A stretch of 64,000 bases of DNA from NCBI GenBank assembly GCA_002701645.1, contig NZWP01000013.1:778-64777 (forward strand), given 5' to 3'. The translations under genes were made by a program, and so were the position numbers. The notes under the pieces were generated by a model. It was not told the DNA's origin. It ran no database searches and saw only the letters and a list, made by a program, of their open reading frames with translations. Numbering within the stretch: position 1 is the first letter of the stretch; each line of letters begins with the position of its first letter. This DNA is from Fidelibacterota bacterium. Its GTDB lineage: Bacteria; Fidelibacterota; Marinisomatia; Marinisomatales; Marinisomataceae. This document shows positions 39,092 through 48,553 of the stretch, piece by piece.

Positions 39092-39829
39092 ATGCAGAAT
39101 GAAATACTTACCGTAAAAGATTTGAATCGTTATTTGCCTGCTATAAAGACAAATGAAGATATGATGTTTACAAACAAGCTGCATGAAGGAATATTTTTAT
39201 CAGACCCTATTGATGGTTTAGCAAATATTCCTGATGAATCTATCGATTTGATTGTCACAGAGCCTACACTGCAACCAAAAAATAATAGCTTATCTGGTAA
39301 AAGTCCTACATTTACAAATTATATAGATTGGGTAAATGGATGGTTAGAAGAATCTAAAAGAGTGTTAACAACAAATGGATCAATTTATATTATTTGTCCT
39401 TGGAAATCTTCTTCAATGTATCATTCAATCTTAGATCAAAAATTTAGTATTCAATCTAGAATCACTACAGAAAGCACATCTGAACAAGAAGGTTTATCTC
39501 AATGGAAAAATACAATATCTGATATTTGGTTTGCTACTAAGACCAATGATTATATTTTTAACCAAAATTATATTGTAGATGGGAAAAATATTAATAATCC
39601 GCATCCAGAAGAGATTAAAAATAATTTATGGTTTCATTTAGACTACGATGAAATTATTCATAGGATTGTAAAGGCAAGTAGCTTCAAGTTAAATTGGATA
39701 TTAGACCCATTTATGGGAATTGGCAGTGTCGGATCCGTAGCAAAAAAAAGAGGCAGACGATTTATTGGATTTGAATCCAATCAAGATCAGTTGTTATTGG
39801 CGATGAAAACTATTAATGAAGGAAAATAA
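39092..39829 (+). CDS. Beta-class N4/N6 DNA methyltransferase-like protein with degenerate catalytic motif
   Basis: C-terminal motif I region 'LDPFMGIGSVGSVAKKRGRRFIGFE' (canonical DPFxGSGTT...GRxxIGxE). At the motif IV position 'IDLIVTEPTLQP' replaces xDPPY. Confidence 0.7.
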   Translation: MQNEILTVKDLNRYLPAIKTNEDMMFTNKLHEGIFLSDPIDGLANIPDESIDLIVTEPTLQPKNNSLSGKSPTFTNYIDWVNGWLEESKRVLTTNGSIYIICPWKSSSMYHSILDQKFSIQSRITTESTSEQEGLSQWKNTISDIWFATKTNDYIFNQNYIVDGKNINNPHPEEIKNNLWFHLDYDEIIHRIVKASSFKLNWILDPFMGIGSVGSVAKKRGRRFIGFESNQDQLLLAMKTINEGK

Positions 39830-39833
39830 ATTT

Positions 39834-40271
39834 ATGTTAGATCAAATCGAAAATGATTTAAAAGTAGCATTAAAAAGTCAAGACAAAACAAAGGTAGGCG
39901 TTTTACGTATTGTAATTTCTAAATGTAGGAATAAGTCTATTGCAACGGGGAAATCGCTAGAAGACAGCGAGGTAATGAAAGTTTTGCAAACTGCTGCTAA
40001 GCAACATAAAGAATCTATTAAGCTATACAATCAGGGCGGAAGGAATGATCTTGTAGAGCAAGAAACTTTAGAGCTTAATATTGTAGAGGCTTATTTGCCT
40101 TCCATGATGACAGAAGATGAAATCAAATTGATTGTAGTATCTGTCATTGAAAAAACTGGAGCATCTAGTATGGCAGATTTTGGTAAAGTAATGCCTCAGG
40201 TGATGAAAGAAGGTGCCGGTAAAATTGATGGAGGGGTGGCACAAACTCTTTTAAAAGAATTATTATCTTAA
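39834..40271 (+). CDS. GatB/YqeY domain protein
   Basis: 'IENDLKVALKSQDK..V.VLR', 'E..IVEAYLP'. The ATG at 39834 is preferred because the 39816 start overlaps the upstream gene. Confidence 0.8.
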   Translation: MLDQIENDLKVALKSQDKTKVGVLRIVISKCRNKSIATGKSLEDSEVMKVLQTAAKQHKESIKLYNQGGRNDLVEQETLELNIVEAYLPSMMTEDEIKLIVVSVIEKTGASSMADFGKVMPQVMKEGAGKIDGGVAQTLLKELLS

Positions 40272-40272
40272 T

Positions 40273-40758
40273 ATGGTTATAGATATTCTTTTTTGTTTGT
40301 TAATAGGGCTTAATGCTATCTTAGGTATTAAAAAAGGACTTTTAGATGCTATATTTGAATTTATAGATATTGGCATAGGGCTATTCTTTGCTCTTTCTTT
40401 CTACTTTGATTTAACAGTATTCTTATCATCGTTTTTGGATATCAGTACCAGATGGATATTCTTTATTTCTGCAGTGTTTATATTCTTTTTCTCTATTATA
40501 ATTTCCAGGTTTATTACTAGCGTATTATTATTTCTATTTCGCGGATCAACCTCTTTTATTTTAACAGATAAAGTGTTTGGATTTTTCTTTGGAGGTTTAA
40601 AAACACTTGTGTTATTGACCGTGTTTATTTGGTTTTTTGATACTTTTATATCTAGTAACATATATAACATTCTTTATAGCGAATCACAAATTCTTGTTTT
40701 ACTGGACCCTTTCAAAGATTATATTAGTCAATCAATGTCACGTTCGATGCCTATATGA
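40273..40758 (+). CDS. CvpA-family membrane protein
   Basis: 161 aa with 4 TM helices. The N-terminal 'DILFCLLIGLNAILGIKKGLL' pattern resembles CvpA. Weak call. Confidence 0.5.
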   Translation: MVIDILFCLLIGLNAILGIKKGLLDAIFEFIDIGIGLFFALSFYFDLTVFLSSFLDISTRWIFFISAVFIFFFSIIISRFITSVLLFLFRGSTSFILTDKVFGFFFGGLKTLVLLTVFIWFFDTFISSNIYNILYSESQILVLLDPFKDYISQSMSRSMPI

Positions 40759-42500
40759 GAAGAATAGCACAAGAAACTATTAATCGTGTTTTAGAAGAAG
40801 TAGATATACTTGATGCCATTTCTCAATATGTGGACTTAAAAAAAAGAGGTCAAAACTACTTTGGTTTAAGTCCTTTTAGATCAGAAACTAAACCTTCCTT
40901 CAGTGTAGCGCCTGATAAAAATATGTGGTATGACTTTGGCTCAGGTCAAGGAGGAAATGTAGTACAATTCTTAATCGAATATGAAAAAATTAGTTTTCCA
41001 GAAGCGATACGTTCTTTAGCTGAGAAATATGGTATTGAAATTATAGAGTTAGGGGATCAAGAACAGAATAATTTATATGATCAATTATATGAAATCCATG
41101 AACTAGCATGTATCTATTTTGAAAATAACGTACAAACTAAACCTGGGAATAAAGCAACAACATATTTAAAAGATAGAGATTTTGATACCAATATTATTAA
41201 TAAGTTTAGAGTTGGATTTGCTCAAGATAGTTGGGATAGTCTTTTAAAAGAGGTCAAAGGAAAGTTTGATAATGATATTTTAAAGAAATCTGGTTTATTT
41301 TCAGAGTCAAAAAAAGGGCCACTTATTGATCGTTTTCGTAATCGTATTATGTTTCCTTTCTTTAGCTTATCAGGTAAAATTATTGGGTTTAGCGGTAGAA
41401 GTTTATCAGAAAAAGAAGATGTTAAGTACTTAAACTCGCCCGAAACATTATTATTCGAAAAAAGTAAGATTTTTTATGGGTCTTATCAAACACTACCAAA
41501 TATTCGCAAGCAAAATTTTGCTATTTTAGTAGAAGGACAAACTGATTTTTTACGTCTAGTGGAACAAGGATTTGACAATGTACTTGCTACATCGGGAACG
41601 GCATTTTCGAGCAAGCATGCAATTGCACTAAAGAAATATACTAATAGAGTAATTTTGTGTTATGATTCAGATAATGCAGGTATTAATGCCGCTATTCGTA
41701 CAAGCTATGTTTTATTACAGCATGGTATTGAAACAAGAGTGTTGTATTTAGGTAATGGCGATGATCCAGATGATTTTTTCAAAAAAGATAGTACTACAAA
41801 AGAAGATTTCAGAACACTGATTAAAACAGCAGCACATCCTATTAGTTTTATTATTAGACATAAAGATATTTTAAGCCAAGGCGCTGCAGACCAATCAAAA
41901 TTTTTAAATGAATGTATTGGTGAAATACAATTAGTACCAGACGTAATGATCCGAAATGATTTGATTCGTAAGCTATCCAATGCATTGGGGGTAGTAGAGG
42001 CTGAGATATTTGATCGTTTTAGTTCACTGAAACAAAAAAGATATAATGTCTCAAATGAAGAAGATACAAGCACTACAGCTGCTACCCATTACAACTCATC
42101 TGCAGATAAAGCACAATTAGAGCTCATCAAATTAGCGCTACACTCTCCACAGCTTGCTACGAAGATGCCTATAGCACTATTTACAAACAAATTACTGCAT
42201 AATGTTTTGAAAGTTCTAATTGATAATAGTGATAAAGAGTATAATCCAGGCCAGATTCTTGAATTAATAAGAGGGTCATCAGAGGAACGTAATTTAATTG
42301 CATCTTTAGCTATAGAAGTGCCCGCTAAGGAATATGAAGCTACTATTTTAAATGATTGTATTGCTACCTTAGAACGTGAGCCTATCAAAAAAGACATTGC
42401 AGGACTTAGAGATCAAATTCGCAGACTAGAAGAAGAAGATTCTATACCAGATAAAGCGCTCCTTGAAGAATTGAGTGCTCTCCAAAAAAAACTACAATAA
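40755..42500 (+). CDS. dnaG: DNA primase DnaG (zinc-ribbon ligands all substituted)
   Basis: 'ETKPSFSV', RNA-polymerase core, TOPRIM 'ILVEGQTDFLRL' and 'CYDSDNAG', helical C-terminal domain. The zinc ribbon reads 'LSPFRSETKPSFSVAPDKNMWYDFGSGQGG'. Confidence 0.9.
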   Translation: MRRIAQETINRVLEEVDILDAISQYVDLKKRGQNYFGLSPFRSETKPSFSVAPDKNMWYDFGSGQGGNVVQFLIEYEKISFPEAIRSLAEKYGIEIIELGDQEQNNLYDQLYEIHELACIYFENNVQTKPGNKATTYLKDRDFDTNIINKFRVGFAQDSWDSLLKEVKGKFDNDILKKSGLFSESKKGPLIDRFRNRIMFPFFSLSGKIIGFSGRSLSEKEDVKYLNSPETLLFEKSKIFYGSYQTLPNIRKQNFAILVEGQTDFLRLVEQGFDNVLATSGTAFSSKHAIALKKYTNRVILCYDSDNAGINAAIRTSYVLLQHGIETRVLYLGNGDDPDDFFKKDSTTKEDFRTLIKTAAHPISFIIRHKDILSQGAADQSKFLNECIGEIQLVPDVMIRNDLIRKLSNALGVVEAEIFDRFSSLKQKRYNVSNEEDTSTTAATHYNSSADKAQLELIKLALHSPQLATKMPIALFTNKLLHNVLKVLIDNSDKEYNPGQILELIRGSSEERNLIASLAIEVPAKEYEATILNDCIATLEREPIKKDIAGLRDQIRRLEEEDSIPDKALLEELSALQKKLQ

Positions 42501-42502
42501 AA

Positions 42503-42534
42503 AACCCTCCAAAAAATTGAAGGGTTTTTTATTT
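42503..42534. terminator. Bidirectional intrinsic terminator between convergent dnaG and the TonB-dependent receptor
   Basis: 'AACCCTCC-AAAAAATT-GAAGGGTT' hairpin (one C.A mismatch), flanked by an A-run 5' and a T-run 3'. This gives a U-tract on both strands. Confidence 0.55.
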
Positions 42535-42559
42535 AATACTAATCTATAATAAAATGAGA

Positions 42560-45247
42560 TTAATAGTTAATTGTCACTCCGACGTTATATGATCTTGGTT
42601 GACCGACACGAACTCTTAAATTCGCAACGTCTCCAGAACCATCATACGCATCAACAAAGTCACCAACATATAATTCATCCAATGCATTGAACACTGATGC
42701 ACTTAAAGTAACATCTTTGCCCATTAGCTCGGTTGTATAGCTGCTAACTAAGTTTACTAGGGTTGTGCTGCCCGTAACATAAGCATCTTCAGCAAAGGTA
42801 TTTCCTTCACCTAATAAGAAGCCTAAGTCTTGAATAGCTCCATCATAACCCCATCTTGGGTACTGTTTAGAGAATGATTCAACTTCAGCAGATACTTTTA
42901 ATCTGTTGAAGAAACCAGTTACTATTAGAACAGTTTGTGATTGTGGTGCACCAGAAATCATTATGTCTTTAACATAAAGACTTAATGTTTCTTCACTAGA
43001 TGGATCACCTTCGACTTCATTATAAGAATAATCTAAGTCATCAGTAAATCTCCAATCACTTTCATGACCTCTAATATCAAGTCTCAATACTGGAATTGGT
43101 TGCCAAGCAATAGAGTATTCGAACCCAGAGTGCTTTTCATTTAATCCAGTAATACTAAAGAATGATTCAGTCCCATCAAGTGATTCCGAAGTACCACTTT
43201 GATTTCTATCAGACCATAATGCATAGTAATAATTCATACTACCAGCCCATTCGCCGTTAGCTGATTTAAATCTAGCACCCACATCAAACCATGTAGCTTT
43301 TTCATTTTCAAAGCCTGAATTGACTGTGTTGTTGTAATCATTAATTAGTTTATCAAGAGAAGGTGTCATTGCAGAGTAACTTACATTACCGAATAATTGC
43401 CATGTGTCGCTTAATGCACGACTTCCACCAGCTTTCATTTGATATCCTAGCTCAGCGTCTGCTTCGATTTTATTATTATCAAGTGTGAAATGATCTTGGT
43501 TAGTATAGCTAGCTGAAGTTGCTCCAAACATAGCGAAACCATTAGTACCATCCCCATCATCAAAGTTTGCTTGAGCGTAACCACCCATCCAGTCTACAGT
43601 ATTAGTGTAGTCATAGAATACCTTGTCACCAAGAGTTCTGTGACGTGCGTCTTCTGACCAGTTTGGGTTAGATGAGTTATAGTAGAAGTCACCACCTAAT
43701 AGGTTGTATACTTCACGATAGTGCTCAACTTTTGCGGTTCTAACATCTACACCAAAAGTCAGTGACATCGTGTCACTTACTTCCATGTCTAATTTAGAAA
43801 CTACACCAAAAGTATGTTGATTATTTCTACTTGCTCTTAGGATACCTGCTGATTGATAGCCATAGCCATCGACATAATTATCAGTTTGGTTTCTTAAGAT
43901 TGTACCGTCATAGTCTCTGTGACCATCGCTACCCCATTTGATAGAACCAGCAGAACCGGAACCACCACCTTCACCACCTGAAAAGTAAAGTGAAGAAGCT
44001 AAAGTCATTGTATCATTTAGCTTGTTGTATGAGTTTAATTGTACAATTGGTTTGTGAAAGAAGTTTTCTCTTTCATTAATTAATGTACTTGAATACATGT
44101 CAGCTGAACGATTGTTCCAGCCGTCAAATGGTAACCAACTAGCAGTAGCTTTTTGACCTGTAAAAGGCGTATCTAGATAATCTGCTCTAGGGTTATAATC
44201 CATTCCGTATTCAGTTCTTAAATCTTCCTCTGCAACACCCATATCGCGGGCTAGTTCATGACTGTAGTTTGAAACACGGTTGTTCCAAAAATTGTGTCCA
44301 TGAATCTGAGGTGATCCAAGTGCAACAAATTCAAGACGATTATCTGTATCAAAGGCATAAGACGCATTGAAATAATACGAATATGCTTCTGAGTAGGTAC
44401 CTCTTGCGAATAGTTTGTCAGCAGTTCTTTTAGACGCTGATGCTAGTATCGCAAGTTTACCATCCATCAATAGACCGGTGTTAATAGTAATACCAGTTTT
44501 TGAGTAAGAATGTTGTCCTGCTTGTTGTTTAAATACAACACTTGGCTCAGAAGATGCTGGCATACTCATAAAGTTTACCACACCACCTAAACTAGGTGTT
44601 GCTAAATTAACAGATCCTGCTCCTCTTTGAACTTGTACTACTGATGCAACATCAGCTAATACACTCCAGTTAGAGAAGTATAAATTACCATTTTCCATGT
44701 CATTCATAGGGATACCATTAATCAGATAAGATGTATAACGATCGTCAAAACCACGAACATATACATTTTCATCGTCCCAACCACCACCATTTTCAACGTA
44801 AACGTTTGGTAGGGTTGATAATGCTTTTGGCAATCCACGACCACCTAATCTGAAATCAATTTCAGCTTTGGTATAGTCATCATAAGGGATTGCGGAGGTA
44901 TTGTCTACACGATCAGCTAGTACTTCAACTCCGCCTAACGCGACGGAAGATGATGCTAAAGAAAAGCTTGCAGACGCGTTAGAATCTGAAACCTTTACAG
45001 TTGCACTTTCTGATGTATAACCCACTACACTAGCAGTTACTGTGTATGTACCATTAGGAACGCTTACTGAGTAAGATCCGCTAAGCGTAGCAGCTGCACC
45101 CAATGCAGTTCCTTCAACTACAACATTTGCTCCTGGTAAGGCATCTCCGTCTGCATCTGTAACAGTTCCAGACACGGTGCCTTGACCAAAGAGAGCGCTA
45201 GAAATCATTACAATTCCAAATAGCGCACCAAGAATCGTTCGATTCAT
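42560..45247 (-). CDS. TonB-dependent outer-membrane receptor with N-terminal carboxypeptidase-regulatory-like domain
   Basis: Start moved to 'MNRTILGALFGIVMISSALFGQG' (AAGGAG 7 nt upstream). 'GTVSGTVTDADGDALPGANVVVEG' (CarbopepD_reg-like), plug 'VYVRGFDDRYTSYLINGIPMND', long beta-barrel ending in an aromatic residue ('VTINY'). Confidence 0.85.
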   Translation of the reverse strand: MNRTILGALFGIVMISSALFGQGTVSGTVTDADGDALPGANVVVEGTALGAAATLSGSYSVSVPNGTYTVTASVVGYTSESATVKVSDSNASASFSLASSSVALGGVEVLADRVDNTSAIPYDDYTKAEIDFRLGGRGLPKALSTLPNVYVENGGGWDDENVYVRGFDDRYTSYLINGIPMNDMENGNLYFSNWSVLADVASVVQVQRGAGSVNLATPSLGGVVNFMSMPASSEPSVVFKQQAGQHSYSKTGITINTGLLMDGKLAILASASKRTADKLFARGTYSEAYSYYFNASYAFDTDNRLEFVALGSPQIHGHNFWNNRVSNYSHELARDMGVAEEDLRTEYGMDYNPRADYLDTPFTGQKATASWLPFDGWNNRSADMYSSTLINERENFFHKPIVQLNSYNKLNDTMTLASSLYFSGGEGGGSGSAGSIKWGSDGHRDYDGTILRNQTDNYVDGYGYQSAGILRASRNNQHTFGVVSKLDMEVSDTMSLTFGVDVRTAKVEHYREVYNLLGGDFYYNSSNPNWSEDARHRTLGDKVFYDYTNTVDWMGGYAQANFDDGDGTNGFAMFGATSASYTNQDHFTLDNNKIEADAELGYQMKAGGSRALSDTWQLFGNVSYSAMTPSLDKLINDYNNTVNSGFENEKATWFDVGARFKSANGEWAGSMNYYYALWSDRNQSGTSESLDGTESFFSITGLNEKHSGFEYSIAWQPIPVLRLDIRGHESDWRFTDDLDYSYNEVEGDPSSEETLSLYVKDIMISGAPQSQTVLIVTGFFNRLKVSAEVESFSKQYPRWGYDGAIQDLGFLLGEGNTFAEDAYVTGSTTLVNLVSSYTTELMGKDVTLSASVFNALDELYVGDFVDAYDGSGDVANLRVRVGQPRSYNVGVTINY

Positions 45248-45289
45248 AGTTAACTCCTTTTTCTCGGTTATCTTCATATATTAATATAT

Positions 45290-45342
45290 TAACGTAAGAG
45301 TACAAGCTATGTACTCTGCGTAAATTTGGGCCATTTACGTTA
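45290..45342 (-). promoter_or_regulatory. Structured leader / palindromic element upstream of the TonB-dependent receptor
   Basis: Two adjacent perfect or near-perfect hairpins (45297-45304/45310-45317, 8 bp; 45318-45325/45333-45340, 8 bp with one G.U). An outer complement TAACGTAA (45290-45297) / TTACGTTA (45335-45342) competes with hairpin 2. A 12-bp palindrome TTAATATATTAA lies at 45281-45292. Confidence 0.3.
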
Positions 45343-45463
45343 GAACCGCAACTATTAATTGCTATCTCAATAAAACTCATACATTTTTAATCAAATTTTA
45401 TTATAAATATCATATTATTTTTTATCTTTCCAGTGATAATTGTATTAATTTTATATTAATCAA

Positions 45464-46573
45464 ATGGAATTTTTAGACTTAAAAACACAACAAAAAAGAA
45501 TTCGAAAATCTCTTGAGAAGAGATTAGGTACTATTTTAGATCATGGTGCTTATATCATGGGACCTGAAGTATATGAATTAGAGGGAAAATTAGCAGATTA
45601 TTGTGGAGTAAAACATGCGATTTCATGTTCATCGGGAACAGATGCATTGTTAATCCCTTTAATGGCATGGGGCATAGGTCCTGGAGATGCCGTATTTACT
45701 ACACCCTTTACGTATGTTGCTACCGCAGAAGTAATCGCTTTATTGGGCGCAACCCCTGTTTTTGTTGATGTTTACGACTCTACTTTTAATATTGACTGTG
45801 AAAAATTAGAAAGTGCGATTAAAAATACTATAAAAGATGGAAAATTAACGCCTAAAGCAATTATCCCCGTTGATTTGTTTGGAGTTTCTGCTCGTTATCG
45901 TGTCATTGAAGACATAGCAAAAAAATATAATTTAAAAGTGATTGAAGATGCCGCTCAAAGCTTTGGCGGATCAATTGGTAATCAAAAAGTAGGTACATTT
46001 GGAGATGTTGCTGCTACCTCATTTTATCCAGCAAAACCATTAGGTTGCTATGGAGATGGAGGAGCTATTTTTACCAATAATGACGATTTAGCAGAACAAT
46101 GTAAAGCAATTCGTATTCATGGTACAAATTCAGATAAATATAATAGTGAAATGATAGGACTTAATGGACGATTAGATAGTATGCAAGCAGCAGTATTGCT
46201 AGAAAAACTTACAATTTTTGATGAAGAGCTAGAAATGAGAAATAAGGTAAATGATTATTATAGGAAGTATTTGAATAATGCACAGTATATACCAAAAAAT
46301 TATCATTCAGCGCATGCATTGTTTTCAGTTACATTAGGTTCTCACGATAAAAGAGATCAAATGATTTATAGATTAAATGAAAATAATATTCCTACGGTTG
46401 TTTATTATAAATACCCTATTCATTTAATGAAAGGTTTTGCATATTTAGAATATGATAAAGGAGATTTTCCAGTTTCTGAAAAACTATCAAATACTATTGT
46501 AAGCTTGCCTATGCATCCGTATTTAAATCATGACGACATTGATTTGATAATTAAAACATTAAAAGATAAATAA
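45464..46573 (+). CDS. DegT/DnrJ/EryC1-family PLP sugar aminotransferase (WbpE/GnnB-like, 3-keto-sugar type)
   Basis: 'FLDLKTQQKRI', 'ISCSSGTDAL', 'EDAAQSFG', 'SFYPAKPLGCYGDGGAIFTN', 'NGRLDSMQAAVLL'. Close to WbpE as I remember it. Confidence 0.85.
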   Translation: MEFLDLKTQQKRIRKSLEKRLGTILDHGAYIMGPEVYELEGKLADYCGVKHAISCSSGTDALLIPLMAWGIGPGDAVFTTPFTYVATAEVIALLGATPVFVDVYDSTFNIDCEKLESAIKNTIKDGKLTPKAIIPVDLFGVSARYRVIEDIAKKYNLKVIEDAAQSFGGSIGNQKVGTFGDVAATSFYPAKPLGCYGDGGAIFTNNDDLAEQCKAIRIHGTNSDKYNSEMIGLNGRLDSMQAAVLLEKLTIFDEELEMRNKVNDYYRKYLNNAQYIPKNYHSAHALFSVTLGSHDKRDQMIYRLNENNIPTVVYYKYPIHLMKGFAYLEYDKGDFPVSEKLSNTIVSLPMHPYLNHDDIDLIIKTLKDK

Positions 46574-47484
46574 TGAAATATGTAGTAACTGGCGGTGCTG
46601 GTTTTATCGGTTCACACTTAGTAGATGCACTGGTTGATCAAAAGCACGAAGTCCATGTAATAGATAATTTTTCTACTGGTAAAAAAGAAAATTGTAATAC
46701 AAATGCCATATATCATAATTATGATATATCCGATACTGCAAAAAATAAAAATTTTATTAAAATTATGGAAGGTGCAGATAGTATATTTCATTGTGCAGCA
46801 TTAGCAAGAGTGCAACCCTCTATTAATAATCCTGTTAAATATGAAATGAATAATACAATAGGTACAATGAATATGCTTAAGGGAGCAAGTGATGCAAAAG
46901 TCAGAAGATTTATTTATAGTGCGTCTTCAGCAGTATATGGCTCAACAACCATCCTACCATCCTTTGAACATCATTTACCCAACCCAAGTTCTCCCTATGG
47001 AAGTCAAAAATACTATGGAGAAATTTGTTGTAAAATGTTTTCTAAGGTCTATAATCTTGAAACTGTGTCTTTAAGATATTTTAATGTATATGGAGAGAGA
47101 CAAGATTTAGGTGGAGCTTATGCGACAGTAATTGGTATTTTTATTAAGCAATGTTTAAATGATACTCCAATGACAATTAATGGCGATGGAAGTCAAAGGA
47201 GAGATTTTACTTATGTTGGAGATGTAGTAAAGGCAAATATTTTATCTGCACAATCTGATAAAGTTGGTGATGGAGAATCAATTAATATTGGTAGTGGAAA
47301 GAATATTTCTATTAAAAATCTTGCAAATTTCATTGGCAATGATATTATCTATAGAGATCCTGTAAACGAGCCATTTGCTAATTTAGCTGATGTTACTAAA
47401 GCAAAAAAATTATTAGATTGGGAACCTATAGTAGAATTAACAGATTGGATAGTAGATTATAAATCTAAAATAGGATTGAATTAA
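46573..47484 (+). CDS. NAD-dependent NDP-sugar epimerase (extended SDR, GalE-like)
   Basis: 'VTGGAGFIGSHLV', 'SSSAVYG', catalytic 'SPYGSQKYYGE', 'RYFNVYG'. Confidence 0.8.
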   Translation: MKYVVTGGAGFIGSHLVDALVDQKHEVHVIDNFSTGKKENCNTNAIYHNYDISDTAKNKNFIKIMEGADSIFHCAALARVQPSINNPVKYEMNNTIGTMNMLKGASDAKVRRFIYSASSAVYGSTTILPSFEHHLPNPSSPYGSQKYYGEICCKMFSKVYNLETVSLRYFNVYGERQDLGGAYATVIGIFIKQCLNDTPMTINGDGSQRRDFTYVGDVVKANILSAQSDKVGDGESINIGSGKNISIKNLANFIGNDIIYRDPVNEPFANLADVTKAKKLLDWEPIVELTDWIVDYKSKIGLN

Positions 47485-47488
47485 TATA

Positions 47489-48514
47489 ATGAGTAAAACA
47501 ATACTAATTACTGGCGGCGCAGGCTTTATAGCACATCATGCTATTAATAAGATTTTATCTGAAACAGATTGGAAAATTGTTACTTTAGATAGATTGGATT
47601 TTAGCGGTAACCTTAATCGACTAAAAGAGGTTGTCGATACCTTCCCATTATCAGAGCAAAAAAGAGTTCAAGTAGTATATCATGATTTAAAAGCAGAATT
47701 GAATCCAGAAATTGCTGCTACTATTGGTAAGGTAGATTATATAGCTCATCTAGCGGCAGGATCTCACGTTGATAGATCAATATCTTATCCTTTAGAATTT
47801 GTAATGGATAATGTAGTAGGGACTGCACATATTTTAGATTATGCGAGAAAGTTAGATAGTTTAGAAAGATTTGCATATTTCAGTACAGACGAAGTATTTG
47901 GACCAGCACCAGGAGATATTAAGTATAAAGAAAACGATAGATACAATTCTACAAATCCATATTCTGCAACAAAAGCAGGTGGAGAAGAATTGGTAGTTGC
48001 TTTTGAAAATACTTATGGTCTTCCTTCTATAATTACCCATACTATGAATGTGTTTGGTGAGAGGCAAAATCCCGAAAAATATATTCCAATGGTTATCAAG
48101 AGAGTAAGAGACGGTGAAAAAGTTACAGTTCATGCAAACAGTGAAAAGACTGTTGCTGGATCTAGGCATTATATTCATGCTGAGGATGTTTCAGGCGCAT
48201 TATTATTTTTATTAAACTATAATATGTCTCAAATGCAACCAGATGTTACAGGAGCTAAATGTCAAAAATTCAATATTGTAGGTAAGGATGAAATAGATAA
48301 TTTACAATTGGCACAGTTTATTGCTGAAACACAGAACAAAGAATTAGATTATGAAATGGTTGATTTTCACTCTCAAAGGCCTGGTCATGATTTGAGGTAT
48401 GCTTTAGATGGGTCAAAGATGGTTAATATGGGCTGGAGTCCTCAATCTGCCTTTAATAGATTAGAAAGCACAATAAAATGGACACTGAAGAATAATAGAT
48501 GGCTAGCAATATAA
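47489..48514 (+). CDS. NDP-sugar 4,6-dehydratase (RfbB/RmlB-like)
   Basis: 'ITGGAGFI', 'STDEVFG', 'YSATKAGGE', 'RPGHDLRYALD'. Confidence 0.75.
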   Translation: MSKTILITGGAGFIAHHAINKILSETDWKIVTLDRLDFSGNLNRLKEVVDTFPLSEQKRVQVVYHDLKAELNPEIAATIGKVDYIAHLAAGSHVDRSISYPLEFVMDNVVGTAHILDYARKLDSLERFAYFSTDEVFGPAPGDIKYKENDRYNSTNPYSATKAGGEELVVAFENTYGLPSIITHTMNVFGERQNPEKYIPMVIKRVRDGEKVTVHANSEKTVAGSRHYIHAEDVSGALLFLLNYNMSQMQPDVTGAKCQKFNIVGKDEIDNLQLAQFIAETQNKELDYEMVDFHSQRPGHDLRYALDGSKMVNMGWSPQSAFNRLESTIKWTLKNNRWLAI

Positions 48515-48553
48515 TATATTTGTAAAGACTCTATTTAAAACTATATTCAAAAT

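Noticed and set aside
45198-45380. 60-aa ORF spanning the TonB-receptor start and its leader
   Set aside because: It overlaps the receptor 5' end out of frame and covers the hairpin region. It has no SD and no family resemblance, so the region is better explained as leader or regulatory DNA.
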